Part shown: positions 37,490 to 50,954 of the stretch, piece by piece | How the letters are laid out: every line of letters starts with the position of its first letter | Position numbering within the stretch: position 1 is the first letter of the stretch | Assembly (NCBI RefSeq): GCF_006345805.1 | Contig: NC_043000.1 | Span: 36,642,001-36,706,000 of the forward strand | Reading direction: 5' to 3' | DNA length: 64,000 nt | From: Octopus sinensis | Lineage: Eukaryota | Notes under the pieces: generated by a model | The model's input: the letters and a program-made list of their open reading frames with translations, nothing else | What the model was told of the DNA's origin: nothing | The model's database searches: none | Translations under genes and position numbers: made by a program

Positions 37490-37780
37490 CTGGCACTCCG
37501 TCTGTTACAATGACGTGGGTTCCAGTTGATCGGAGCACTCCACAGACTTATGTACCCTTAATGTAGTTCTCAGGGACATTCAGCGTGATACAGAATAAGA
37601 CTGGTCCTCTGACCAGCCTTTTCCTATTCTGCTGTACTCATTTCCTCCAGCTCAGTCGAGTGGAGCTACGTGAAATAAAGTGCCTTGCCCAAGGGTATAA
37701 CTACCGTCTGGTATCGAACTCAAGAACTTAGGATCTTTAACAGACAGCCCTAACCACTTAGCCACAAGCCTTTACTTCCA
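37490..37780 (-). mobile_element. SINE family C (tRNA head plus cttgggcaaggcactttatttcacg domain)
   Basis: Minus strand has A box tggctaagtgg and B box gagttcgatacc. Related to 60885-61175 and 62345-62490. Confidence 0.8.
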
Positions 37781-37915
37781 TCATTTATTTATATATAGAA
37801 TGTTTGTGTGTGTGTGCGTGAGCATATGTGTGAGTGTATGAGCATATTCAAGCGTGCGTGTGTGTGTGCATATTCGTGCGTGCGTGCGTGTGTGTGAGTA
37901 TATTCATATATATGC

Positions 37916-37973
<58 letters not shown>

Positions 37974-38299
37974 GTATATATATATAAAAGGATATACACA
38001 TAACGTAACATGCCTACGTACATATATCCTTATGAATTGATATTCGACTCGAACGTATCAGAGGCATCATGCGATTCATCTCAAGATATGAGCTGATCGT
38101 ATATAATTAGATCTTTATATTGGAAACATGTGTGAGATTATCAAACGCGTTCCCTGTTTGCTTATAAGCTGTAAATGTTGCTCCTTAATTCGGCAACATT
38201 CGAAAAATGATGGAGTTTTTGACAAATGATGGCTTGTAAAGCGAATAAAACACCAGCAAAGGCTTGTCGGAAGATATATGGCCCAGGGAATGATGGCGC

Positions 38300-38700
38300 A
38301 GAAAAACATGACAGTGATGATAATGACGAGGAAAAAAACTGTTGTAGATGAAGAATATTGAAGGGAAGAGAATAATAGGAAGAAAATGAAAGCAAATGAA
38401 AATTATGGAGGCATCATGTGGAGACAATGTTGGTAATGAGGGGGGAAAGGGAAGGAGTGTAAGGAGAGAGGGATAGAGAAGAAAAAAAACGAAACATATA
38501 ACCAGTTTGAGAAGGAATAGAAAGAGCAAGGAAAAGAATTCATAAAAGAAAACGAAGAGGGGGGGAGAAGAAAGAATAAATGCCGCAGATAGAACGTTGT
38601 ATAATAAATAATAATAGGAAGAAGAAGAAGAAAGAGGGAGAGAAAAGAAGAGGAAGATTTGCTGAAGAGAAGAAAGACAGAAATGCTTTGAAACCTGGTA
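38300..38700. repeat. Purine-rich low-complexity tract
   Basis: Direct reading. Confidence 0.8.
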
Positions 38701-40459
38701 AATTTTGGCAAGTGCCTAAAGTAAAAGCAACACGCTAAAAACATAAGAATTCGTTCAGATGAATGGGTTTACAAAGATTTCGGTGTACTGCTGCTGCTGT
38801 TCTACAAAAGCTTTTCTCTTTGGGTATTATTTCTTTCGGCGGATTTCATTACATTTGTGGTGTTATTAGGAACATAGCTGGTGCGGCAAATCGAGCCAGA
38901 GGTAGCTGCCGTTGCATTCCAGCATGCAACATGGCGAGAGAAATATATTTAAACCGGTCGATATTTTCATGCTGTGTTGTCCCATTAAATATCTACATCT
39001 TTTGTGTTGGCCTTGTTGCTTTATTATTTCATTCTAGTTTTTAAATTATTTTTACTTTTTATTATTTCATTACTCTGTTTCCCCCCACCCCACCCCCGTG
39101 AGTTAAGGAGATTCTCTTTCCATATTCTAAGCATTTTCTTCTCTCTCCAATATTAGTTATAGTTGCTTGGTAGTCAGTTACTTAGGACTTCTCCGTTGCT
39201 TTGTTGTTGTTGTTGTTTTTTTTTGAGGGGTGAGAGGGGGAGAGACGATAGTGAGTAGCTGGCATTTTTATGATTATATACAGCTATTTTATTTTGGTTT
39301 TGTTTTATTGCTGCTGCAGTATATGAGAGCAGCGTGTGCATATATATATATATAATATATATATATATATATAGCTTTTGAACATGGTGTGAGAGGAGCA
39401 GGTAATTAACGTGTAAGAGAGCGGTTAACTAGCTACCTACGTGAGAGTTACTTACTGTCTAGTTAGTAATTGTTAGTATTAATGGTAGCTATACGGATAT
39501 TAGTTACTCAAGTACCAGCAACCGACAAAATATGCTCGAGAACGATCAGAATTTAACTGATGAGCGAAAGTATTTCTATTTAGCAAAATACCAGCTTCTA
39601 GTATTAAAACAAGGAGTATACATAGCAGAGTAAAACAAAAACGGTCGAATAAAATCGACCCGAATAAACTACTGGTATTTATTCAAGCCAATATCGGAAC
39701 CTCTACGAGATCGATCGAACTGCTTGAGTGAGGGTCCAAAGTTTTCTCTGATAGTACTCTATCGTTTTATAAATAGGAGACAAAGGATAACGCCGTCCTT
39801 GTATACTGTTCCTAAAGCAAAATAAGTGAATTGCCGTGACTAAAGAACCTTCTTTTTACCTTAAGTCTTAACATTTTAGTTTTATTTGTTTTTGCATGGG
39901 TCTTCTGGTTTTAGTCAAGTCTCTTTATGGTTGAAGTTTTACAGTGGAAATTGTGGAATTTTAATAACGTGCAGGGGTGATATGTATAAATCGCTTAAAA
40001 GAGTTCGATATACTCATCTGACACGTGTGTGTTTTGCTTTGATTCTGTGACCTATTTCGTGTGCAAATGGCATATGCCAAGATTTCGATATTTTCGTGTT
40101 TGATAAAACTGAAAAATTTTATATTTTAATTAATAAATAAAAATATGAGAATCAAGATTCAATGTTAATCATTTTCGGGAATGTCTTAAAATGTTTCTAC
40201 CTTAAATTTTATTCAGTATATTGTTTTTATTAATGTTTTTCATTTATATTTTCGTGGGGGAGGATTCATTATTAATATTAGCATTCTAGCATTTTGTCGT
40301 GTAAGAAAGATACAACCTCGTTATAAATAAATTCGATATTCAGTAGCAGAGAATACAAGCCAAATAGCGTGACTGCAAATTAGAGAAAGTATCAAAACGA
40401 AACGAAAATATTGAAAAGAATCATTGACCGACAACGGTCATTAATTATAACGGATTGTT

Positions 40460-40800
40460 TTTGTTATTTATTTATTTATTTTTATTATTTTCATTAGCAT
40501 CTTTTAATTCTGTTCCATTTCTTGCCGAGTGTCTTCCTGACACCTAGGGCAGATAAACTTACTGTATACATTAGTAGGCCATTAAAATAAATACACCAGA
40601 TTGTTCATTTACAAAAACATGTGATAGAGAAAGGGGGGAAAAGGAAAAATAAAGAATAAAGTAAACAAAGAAAATAAAGGGGGGAAGAAAATTCACAGTG
40701 ACAATGCTCTTCTCAATAGGTGTGATTCCCTTTCTCTTTTGATCATTCCAAATGCTCCTACAATCACTGGTATTGTAACCGTCTTGAGATGCCTCAACTA
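40460..40800 (-). mobile_element. Short 3' fragment of an RLE-type LINE
   Basis: IPVIVGAFGMIKR parallels VVPIIIGELG in the element at 41525-43070. A-rich end near 40460. Confidence 0.45.
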
Positions 40801-40873
40801 TTCGATTCCAATCAGAAAAATTATGTACATTATTTATATTTGATGGATATTTGTCCTCATCATGTTTGTTGTT

Positions 40874-40920
40874 AACACAACATTTCGGTTGATATACCCT
40901 CCGGCCTTCATCAGGTGTCT
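40874..40920 (-). ncRNA. Degenerate minimal hammerhead ribozyme
   Basis: agacac-CTGATGA-A-GGCCG..CAACC-GAA-ATGT-T-GTGTT. Stem I is intact; stem II and the ACGT palindrome are mutated. Confidence 0.55.
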
Positions 40921-41116
40921 TGAGGTAATTTTGAACCTGGGTTCTCATTCCTAAGGTATTTTTCGATGTTATTGTTATTAATATTATTATTATTCATGTC
41001 ACTGCCTGGAATCGAACTTGGTATCTTGGGGTTAGTAACCCTCGCTCTTAACCACTATGCCCACGGGCATATGGCGTATGCCTTAGGAATGAGAACCCAG
41101 GTTCGAAATTTCCCCA

Positions 41117-41163
41117 AGACACCTGATGAAGGCTAGAGGGTATATCAGCCAAAACGATTTGTT
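41117..41163 (+). ncRNA. Degenerate minimal hammerhead ribozyme
   Basis: agacac-CTGATGA-A-GGCT..AGCC-AAA-ACGA-TTTGTT. Stem II is intact; G12 and U16.1 are mutated. Confidence 0.5.
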
Positions 41164-41302
41164 AACAAGAAACAAGATGAGGACAAAGATCCATCAAATG
41201 TAAATAAAGTAAATAATGTACATAATTCCTCATCTCTTAAATATAGAACTATAGTAGCAAAACTGTTATTTATTATTATTATTATCTCCATCATCACCAT
41301 CA

Positions 41303-41520
41303 AAGCAGTGAGCTCGAAAAATTGTTAGTGCGCCGAATAATATGTTTAGCAGCATCTTTTCCAAGTTTTTATGTTCTGAGTTCAACTCCAGCCGAAGTCA
41401 GCTTTACCGATTATCATTTCGGGATCGATAAAATAAGTACTAGTTGAGTATTGGAGTCGAAGAACTCGACTAACTTTGCCTTCTAAAAGATTACTGGCCT
41501 TGTGTCAAATCTCTGAAAGT
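41303..41520 (+). mobile_element. SINE family B, old copy
   Basis: gttctgagttcaactcc core and a ggccttgtgtcaaa tail. Confidence 0.7.
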
Positions 41521-41524
41521 ATTA

Positions 41525-43070
41525 TTATTTTCGTTTGGCTCAGGTTCGGTCTTATTCCTGGTAGGAATTATGTGGATAACGGGTTACTACCTGCAACCTT
41601 AGGTATCCACAAGTTTTCTGCAGTCTTTCAAGTGCTTAGAACCCTCTTGATAATTCTTGCTGTCATCCAGAGACAAACTTTCAGTAGGAGATCTACCGGG
41701 CATTCGATTTCCATCTCCTTCAGCCACTTGTCTATATCTTGGCTTAGTGTTCCCAACTCACCAATTATTATAGGCACAACTTTTACTTTTCGCTTGCTCC
41801 AAATTTTTCCTATTTCAAATTTTAAGGAATTGTAGTTGTTTGTTTTTCGTTCTCTTGTTCTCTTTCTTTACAATCCGGGAATCAGACAGGAATGATGGGC
41901 CGATAAGTAAGCAACTTCGCTTTTTCTTATCTATAATTGTTATGTCTGGTCTATTATTTTCTAATTTCTTATCCATTTCAATAGGCAAGTCTCACAAAAT
42001 CTTACATTTCTCCAATTCCAATACTCTTTCGACTCAATCATTGTACCATGTGTTTACAGCTTCAAATCTGGCATTTCTGGCACAGTTTTCAGTGCACAAC
42101 TTTTACAACGTGATCGTGTCTCCATTTCATATATACTTCTTGTGCCAATTTGGGGTATTCTGCCACAATGTGTGCCACTGTCTCGTTCGAAGTTCCACAA
42201 ACTCTACATTTTTCTTACATATTCTCTCCATATATACTTTTTCTCAAGTTGTTTGTTTTTCATCGCTTGATCTTCTCAGTTAAAAAAAAATATGGCAATT
42301 AAAAGAATTAACAAAGCCCAGCATTTTGTTCCACATACGTCTTCAGTGGTTCTCCAAAACGGGCCATGCAGAGGTTTCTCTTCAATCTGTCTCATGTGCT
42401 CTCTCTGCATTTCATTCTTATCATTTTCTCTTATTACGCGCTTCATCACCTGTTCTTTATTCACTGTCTTTAGTAGTTTTTTTCTGTGCTGCTCTGTAAA
42501 TATTCTACTGGGCTTTTCATTAGCCTCTATACGTATTCTTCTACTGCTATTAAACCTCTTCCACCCGGCTCTCTACTCAAGTACAGTCGGTTGATATCAG
42601 CTATCGAATGGTGGGATCCATACAGCGTCAACAACTTCCTAGTTTTTTCTCTCAAGTTACTTTATATCGTTTCCCGTCTAGTCTATAATTCCAACTCTAT
42701 ATCTGATTAAGGGTATTGGTCTTGAATTTATTGCTTCAATAAGGTTTTTGGAATTTCGCTTTGACTGCAATTCTTTGGCAATTTGTCTTATTTCCTTATT
42801 TTCTTTACCTCGTCGTCTTCCAGTATTCCCAAGTACTTATACCGCTCTCCTTTCTCGACCGCTCTCATTGTTTGTCCGTTTGTCATTTCAATCCCCTGGC
42901 TTTTCTCAAATCTTCCTTATTTCATTTTCAATACAGCGCACTTTTCTATCCCAAATTACAAACCTACGCCATTTGAGGAAATGCGGCAGGAAGTACAAGA
43001 CTTATTATCGTAACTGTTATTGCATTCGTTGTAATGTTAGTGAGAGATTTGTTGTGACGGCAATGAATTG
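41525..43070 (-). mobile_element. 5'-truncated R4/Dong-like LINE (RT thumb, CCHC, restriction-like endonuclease)
   Basis: Minus-strand EKCAVLKMK, YKYLGILE, KPLHGPFWR, CRVCGTSNETVAHIVAE, RHDHV, NRPDITIIDKKKRSCLLI and VVPIIIGELGTL..RIIKRVLST*, followed by a (TAA)-type tail. Confidence 0.88.
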
Positions 43071-44221
43071 GTAGCAGAGAATTCTAATTGTTCTGGGCGA
43101 TAATTATGGTAGACAGAGGGGGAGGATCCGGTTGATAACGAAACATTTCATTTTATTTGGTGTCTTTATAGACACGATGATCGTCGTCATCATCATCTTT
43201 TGTATGGCTGTCCTCCTCATCATCATCCATTTTCATCACCACTACAACTACCATGCTCCATTATTATCATCGGAAATATATTTCGACCCTGTTCTAAAAC
43301 GGTAAAGGAAACTATATGGGAATATTATTAAAAATACGACATAAAATTGGAAGAGCGACCTCTATTGATATGCAACCACTGAAGCATACGTTGTCACGGT
43401 TCAGTGGGTTTGCTGTAACAATAGTTGATCAAACTGAATATTTCATTAGAACGGATTTAAAAATATAGAATCTGCCAAACTGCGGGAACAATGTGGAAGG
43501 TAATGCTTAATATAGATTAATTAGATTACTTCATGGTGACTGGTTGTTAGGGGTGGGTTTTATAAGGACTAATCATTTGTGTTTGTTTATTGTTTTCTTT
43601 TTGCATTAATTGTTTTGGTGTTGTTTTATTAAGTTAAATATTGTTCTTTTGTAGACGGTGCTTTGGGCATTTGTGACTGGTTTGGGAAGTTGACGGTTTC
43701 TCTTTAGAATTTCAAATGCTAGAGGTTCAGCGTTGCAATTAGAGATTCTGTGTAATTACGGAGTGTTTCATTAGCTTCGTGCGTTGAACTCTCCCCTGCC
43801 TCCTGTGTTTATTTGTTTGCGGTAGATTTATATATCTCTCTCGCTTGTTGATACTTACCACGTCCTAAACACAACAGTCTCTATCATTTATTGTTTCATG
43901 GTAATGTAATTACTGTTATTATATCTGAACTTACATTTGATATAAACGTTTGAATAAAAAAAAAGAAGCTTTCGTACTATGCAGGTTAGAAATTAGGCAA
44001 AGCATGTAAGGAAAGTTCAAAACATAAAAAAAAAGAATGAATATCGTATTTCCTTATATTAGTTACTTAATGATCCTGTAATATTTCGGGTAAGACACTC
44101 CTTTTTCAAAAAGAAGAAATATAATAGTTTACATACTTGATTGTAATATTGTGATATTAGGTATCAAGTTCTGTCATCGTAGTTTATAAAACAATCAGTT
44201 TCAGCATCTTAAAATACTGAA

Positions 44222-44430
44222 CCATGAATGGCCATGGGATTGCATGTAGAAAGTTACCCTCCGAAGCACAAGTCCAGGTAAGGTTGTTTATGGAAGACCA
44301 GCAGTCGCCCATACGTACCAGCCTCCCCACTCCGTGCCACCGATGTTATCCAAGGTAACGGCAAAAGCCGATACAGCTTGGCACTTGTGACGTCGCAACT
44401 CATTTCTACAGCCGAGTAGGACTGCTGCTC
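44222..44430 (-). mobile_element. SINE C-like fragment in antisense, abutting the RTE 5' end
   Basis: actcatttctacagccgagtaggactg resembles actcatttcctccagctcagtcgagtggagc of the minus-strand SINE at ~37645. Confidence 0.45.
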
Positions 44431-47190
44431 CATGTAGCTGCAGCATGCACAGTCTACCCATGCTTGCACAAACCGGTTCTGGCGTATTGGGCAGAAAAGC
44501 CCACTAGTGAGGTCCAGCAGTCAGGAAGGCAGTACCGACAAGGGTTTTGGAGCGCCTTGAGCATAACGACAGACAATGGAGTCCTGGTCATCTACTTCAG
44601 CAGGAAAGGTTTCTAACCGTAACGGTTCTCTGTGCCACTGGTCAAGGTTCTTTTACTGGTCAAGATTCTTTCTGCCGAGAGAGTGGAAATGCCCCTGTGC
44701 AACGGATCTCCTGCTTAAAACAACTTCACACAGAGATGTGTGTGCTTCTCGGTCTGTCAGCCTCAAGTTCTGCGGAGATAGGGAAGTGGCGAAAGGGACA
44801 GGTGGAGGTAACCACTAGAAGTTCTAGTGATTCTTCGTATTGGACAGCTGAAGACTACGACAACATCCCAGGCGACTGGACAGCACTGCTCACCCTAGTA
44901 AGAGAGGGATCTAGATTAGGTGGCCTAAAGAACGTTTGTCCTAAACATTTTGATCAGGTAACCGCGACTGACAGAATTCCCCATTTGCAGTTGAAGATAA
45001 CCTAATCATTGGGACATGGAACATGGATCGATACAACGTCTCCAAACTCAGAGAAGAACAGCGCTCATTGTCAAAGAATTGTCCAGATATAATATCGATA
45101 AAGCAGCAATCAGTGAAACTCATCTGGCTGAGGAAGGATCGCTTACAGAATCAGGCAGCGGCTACACTTTCATCTAGAGACACAAGGCCCTACATGAGGA
45201 CAAAATACACAGTTGGATTCGCCATCAAGTCCAGTCTTCTGAAAGAGATTCCCAGCCTTCCCATTACCGTAAATGAAATGCCTATGAAAATTGGTCTCCC
45301 TCTCAGCGACAAACGCTTCATCACTATCATGAGCGTGTACACCCCTACAGTGATGTGCACGGAAGAGATCAGAAAGTAGTCCTATACTGACTAGGATACT
45401 GCGCTACGTGACACACTTGTACCTACAAGCTTGTAATACTAGGCGACTTCCAAGCCCGAGTCGGCAGGGACTAGGAGCGGTGGAGAGCTGTTATAGGGAA
45501 GCATAGAGGTGGGAAAATGAAGAAGCAATGGCATGCTTTTGCTGAACGAATGCGCTGAGTACAACCATGCTAAGTATAAAACACCATGGATGAATCTGCA
45601 TTCAAAACTGGCATTTTATTGATTACATTATCGACCACCGGCGCGACAGCAGCGATGTACTCTTACCAGGGCAATGCGTGGAGAGGACTGCTGGACGGAC
45701 CACAGACTTCGGGAAATACAGGGACATTTCCCGGTGTTCAATTGCTGGAAAAATATTGACTCTTCAACATGCTCATAACTAGCGTCTGTGAGAGAAATTT
45801 GCCTGAAACCTGGTGTAGCTTCCGCCCTGACCATAACACCGTAGATATGGTGTTTGATGTGTGTGAAGTCAAAGAGAAATGTATTGATGTGTACTCTGTG
45901 TTCACAGACCTGATCAATGGTTTTGACAATCATCAGATAAGTTTTGTGGACCATCCTGATTAAGGTGGGTTGCTCATACAAGCTCACGAGCTTGATAAAA
46001 ATCTTTCATGATAATATAACCGGTCTCGTTCTTTGCAATGGTGACTGCACCGACTCTTTCAACATTTCCAATGGCGTGAAACAGCGCTGCATACTCGCTC
46101 ACGTCTTCTTCCACTTGTTCTTCACACAAGTCCTACTTTACACAGTGAAAGACCAGGACCTGGGTATATACATCATATACCGCTCAGACCGCTGTTTTGA
46201 AAAACATCATCATTGAAACACAACTTGCAGATGACTGTGCCTTTATGGCACACAAGGAAAGTCTCCTGCAGACTATTGTTGATTGCTTTGCAGAAGCATC
46301 GACGCTCTTGAGAAAACGGAGGTCTTAGTCCAAGCAGCACCGAATACAATCCGCCTCCAGCCGAACATTTCCATTAGGGGAGTCCATTAAGTGTGTGGAG
46401 AGTTTCAAGTGTCTTGGTAGCACAATCTCAGCCGATGGATCATTGGACAGCGAAATTTTATCCAGGATCCACAAAGCCAACCAAACACTTGAAAGTGAAA
46501 GTCTTCCAGCAGAATGGCATCAGGCTATCGACAAAGCTCAAGATCTACAAGGCTGCAGTCGTTTCTTCAATTACTCTATGCATGTCAAACATGGATCCCA
46601 TACCGTCAGCACATCAAACAGCTGGAACAATTCCACACAAGGGTACTGCGCAGGATCATGGATATTCGCTGGCAGGGCAGTGTCGCAAACCAACAAGTGC
46701 TGGAGAGAGCTTGTTCAACAAGTATTGAGTCAATGCTGTTGAAGGTTTTGGCTCGCTGGACTGGCCATGCCATCTGAATGGCTGACAACTGTTTATTCTG
46801 ACAGCTGTTGTACGGCGAGCTCACACAGGGCTCACGCAAACGAGGAAGGCCGAAACTGAGGTACAAAGACACTCTGAAAAGTAATCTCAAATGGGGCGGC
46901 ACTAGTCCACGCGAATTCGAAATCTCTGCCGCTGACAGATCAACGTGCAGGTCTCTTCATTTCACCAACAGCCTTCTAAGAGGACCGTTGACAACGCCTC
47001 GATGTTGCTCCCCCCCCCCCCAAAAAAAAAATAAATGACATAGCAGGGCAGCATCCACATCAATGCAGTCAATAGACTATCGCTGTGACATCTGTGAGCG
47101 CCTGTGTGTTTCCAGTTTTGAACTGCGGAGCCACATGCGCTCTCATTGTTGAAAACACAAACTTTGTCGTCATCGGACACCGATGGACTA
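44430..47190 (+). mobile_element. RTE-clade LINE, near full length with an internal deletion, inactive
   Basis: APE (IIGTWN, AAISETHLAEEGSL, GDF.ARVG), RT (CSFRP, NGVKQRCIL, LADDCAL, ESFKCLGSTIS), YGELTQGSRKRGRPKLRYKD and a terminal C2H2. The EN-RT linker is missing near 45720. Many stops. Confidence 0.92.
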
Positions 47191-47469
47191 CCTGACATAT
47201 GTAAGCATGTGTCTCTTTCTGTATGCCTCTCTCTGCGCATATAATACGACTTAGGCTATATTGAATATTGTAGTTTTAATATACGACTGATTTTTACGGA
47301 TCTTTATATACGTGTGCATGTGTGTATGAAGTGGAGTGTGTGAGACTGTTCATATTTGTGAATGTTTATGGGTTTATCAAGGTGTGTCACTTTATATCAA
47401 TACATGAACCCTAGCGAATTCTTAGACATTAGTAAAATATAGAGTAGTTTAATACAAGAATTGGAAAAG

Positions 47470-48020
47470 ATATTATCGATAAATATTGAGCGCCGCAATC
47501 ACCGAAAATCTATTGACTTAAACATTGAAAAGAATATAAAAGTTAACATTACAATCTGCTCTCAAATAACTAATTAGAATTAGCGTTTAAATTTGGTTCG
47601 GCAATATTCGTGAAGCGAACGCTCCGATATATGGACGGCTGATGGTCCAGAATGCCAGACTTTGAAATGGAAATGTTTAAAGAAAACTTTACAACAACTG
47701 ACAGGTGGTTTAGATGGTGGTACTTGAGAGAAAATTGGGTAGAAAGGCGTTCAAGGATTCCATTTTTAACAAACTGAAGTGTGGTTTAAGACCGGGTGGA
47801 CACAATTTGTTACTGAATATCTAGATCATGGTATGTTCTTTAAGAAAACTGATTGTTACATTATTTTCGTGCAATATTCGCCAAGTATGCCTATTCAACA
47901 GATGTTTGTCGCGCTGATATAAATGGGCAGATATAAATGGTTTCTATCGATTGGAAAAGTAAAGTTCTGCGGCGCTTTAAGGAGGTCGAAGGCTTAACTG
48001 TTCATTAACTGTTCATTTTC
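47470..48020 (+). mobile_element. Tentative pogo/Tigger transposase remnant
   Basis: Patches resembling the CENP-B HTH (GWL.RF) and the first DDE Asp region (I.NAD). Heavily decayed. Confidence 0.35.
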
Positions 48021-48539
48021 AACCACTGGTTACTTAAATGAAATTTTGGATTAAAGCGGCAAATATTGTTAGCTGGAGGTCTTGAGAAACAGACTTTTTA
48101 ATCACAGAACATAAAAATAATTTCCTGACCTTCAGACATTTATATTCTGACCATCACTAAATCAAATATGTGACTAATGAATCAAATGTTTTGTTTTGTT
48201 TTTTGTTATCGAAAAGAAATTTATTCAATAATTTGAACTGAACTCGATGGTATTCACTCCGAAATTGCAAAGTTTACTCTGTTCTTGCTTTTTGGTGCAC
48301 ATTCTATGTTGGTAATATAGAAGCATGTTCCGGAGAAAATTCTTCAAATTGCCCCAAAAGTTATCCCTGAGGACTCTGCCAGTGGAGTGCAGGCGACTTC
48401 TGGGGTCTCCTGCCGGACAGGTAAAAGGAGGAGGGTAGAATAATATGAAGCACCTCTCCCCAAATATGAGAATGTTGTTTTCTAAGGTTAACACCACTAC
48501 CTAGAACAAAAACCAAAGTTACAGACGCATTGATGACAA

Positions 48540-48790
48540 TTAAAAACCAACAAGACCAGGGAGAGGAATGTCTTCGCGCGGAGAAACCCGACACGTCAGG
48601 CTCTAACATGGGACCCGCAAGGGAGGCGGAAGAGATGATGCTCCGAAAATAGCCGGAGATGGAATATTGAGAAAGCTGAAAAGGAAGGGATCCAATTGGA
48701 GAGGGGAAAAGACTGCCCAACGTCGAGAATTGTTGATAAAATATCGGCAATGCCTTCTGTTCCATAGGGAGCGAAAGGGTTTAAGCAAAA
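48540..48790 (+). mobile_element. 3' end of a second RTE family
   Basis: RQALTWDPQGRRKR resembles RTE C-terminal RQALDWNPQGKRKRGRP. Confidence 0.6.
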
Positions 48791-48991
48791 TCACAGCATA
48801 TTATAACTAAAATTATCGACAGATTAAAAGGTCTTTCAATGTTTCTCAAGATTACCAGTTAAGAATATTTGCCGCTTTAATCAAAAATTTCATTTCAGTA
48901 ACCAATTGTTGTAAACTTCTATAATCTTCCACAGACTAATGAACAGTTAAGCTTTCGACCTCCTGAAAGCGCTGGAGGTATACATAACTTA

Positions 48992-49410
48992 GGGTCAGGC
49001 GTGGCTGTGTGATAAGAAGCTTGCTAATCAACCAGACGGTTCTGGGTTCAGAATCCCACTGGGTGGCACCTTGGTCAAGTGTCTTCTTCTATTGCCTCGT
49101 GGAACCCAAAAACTCGTGAATGGATTTGGTAGACGTAAACTGAAAGAAGAAAATCGTTGTGTGTGTGTGTGCGTGAATCTCAATATGTATGTGTCTGTGT
49201 GTCTGTTCTCCTTCACCACTTGACAATTGTTGTTGGTATAGATACGGCTCTGTAACTTAGCGTTTTGACAAAAGGGACAGATAGAATAAGTATCAGACTC
49301 TAAAAATAAAAGAAAAAGTACTGGAAACGATTCATTTAACTAAAAGTATTTCTAAGCAGTGCTCCAGTGTGACCGTAGCTTAATGACATAAACAAGTAAA
49401 AGAAAATACT
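48992..49410 (+). mobile_element. SINE family A, full length
   Basis: Colinear with 14329-14723. Confidence 0.85.
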
Positions 49411-50954
49411 TAGAACATTAGTAGGCTATCCATGCCAAATGCGAAGTAAAACGACGTCGGTTGTTAGAAGAAACTGAACGAACAAAATCGCGAAATTTTA
49501 AAATATCCATCAACCTGTACACAGGTGCGAGAATTTCTAAAAATACATCAACACTGCATGCAAAATCCATTAGCAAGGATTTCAAAAGCAATTTTAGCAT
49601 GAGCAATTATTTAGCTAAATGCGAACTGTACACATTCCTGAACGGATGTGTTTTAAATAAATCATTTTTAGTACAATAAATCAAATAACAATCTGAACCC
49701 AATCAATTTTGTAGTAAGTATTTTATAATGTAAAGGTGTTTATAAGTGAATATAAACTAGTTGCGCCTGTGGAAATTCCAAGGGATACATATTAATCTTC
49801 CCTATTAAAGCTAGATAATTATGGAACATTCAGCATGTATATTGATCTTGTGATACATGTACACGGAATTATATTAACATATTACAGTTCACCATTTATT
49901 ATTTAAATGTCAGCTAATTTGACACGTAATCTGACATTATTAACACTAGCACCGCTATCACTTTTATTTCTGCTATAAATGTATTCTGTATGATCACCAG
50001 GAAGATCAAAGCAACAGGCGCCCTACCTACAAACGTAGTGTGCGGTGGCAGGATCATGCTGAGGCGGTGACGGAGGAGGTGGCGTGTTAAGCTAGACCAT
50101 GTGGTTGATGATATTGGTGTCTACATGTGTTAAGTGTAAACTGCATAGAAATTACTCTATAAAGCAAAAAACTAAAGCTACTGCAAATCAGATCAAAAAG
50201 AAAACTTCATCTAGTAAGCAACGGACCCTTCAAAGGTGTGTGTGTGTGTGCGTGCGCGCGCGCGTGTGTGTATAAAATATACAAAAAAGAACATAAAGTC
50301 GTTCCGAAACATGAACAGAAGAAAGTAACGTTCCTGTCTAAGCGCATCTGGGAGGGAGAAAGCCTAGAACACAATACGTATCTTCTTGTTTCAAATATTT
50401 CAGAATTTTCTCCTTAGCATCGTAGAAAAATACATCATCACCTCACGCTATATACACTTGACAAATAAGTGAAAGAAGATCAAGTTTCTCTGCAAGTACA
50501 AAAATGAAATTATATTAATATATATTCCAAACTGAGACAACGCTGGAGCAACAAGGGAAACAGATTCCAACACAAGCAGAACTGAATAACATTCACATTG
50601 TGTTTCGGCACGAAAATATTCGTCCCTGAGTAACATCTGTTGTAATTGCAAGTGTGGTTTAACTATGTTCATATATTTGTGTAATAATGGGTTAAACGTG
50701 TGTGTTCGCCACATATTTGTATCTGGAAGTATAATTAAACATCGGCTTCTGTAACAGAATTATGAATGAGAGTCGACAATTCTCAATGTAAGTGACATGT
50801 GTTTTAATAGAAACAGCAGCGACACTGCAGTAGCAGAAGCAGGAATGTGAGAAGCCGTGACTGATGACAGGAGAAAAGTGAAACGACAACACGTACGGTT
50901 GACGGGAAAAAAAGAAGTCACTCAATTTTAATTACGACATCACTATTCTTAATA

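Larger units (their letters stand above)
40819..41227. mobile_element. Head-to-head inverted dimer of a tRNA-head plus hammerhead-tail element
   Basis: Arms 40819-40956 and 41081-41227 are reverse complements. A tRNA-like head lies on the minus strand at 40995-41062. The fold centre is tatgccc-ac-gggcata (41056-71). Confidence 0.8.

Noticed and set aside
38162-38744. F/L/S-rich ORFs resembling membrane proteins
   Set aside because: They are the reverse strand of a purine-rich low-complexity tract.
39558-39575. CTGATGAGCGAAAG
   Set aside because: There is no room for stem II, and it lies in decayed SINE-like sequence.
40995-41067. tRNA gene
   Set aside because: It has A/B boxes but no closing acceptor stem, and it continues into an element body, so it is treated as a SINE-type head.
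50861-50890. CTGATGA...GAAACGAC
   Set aside because: The intervening bases cannot form stem II.
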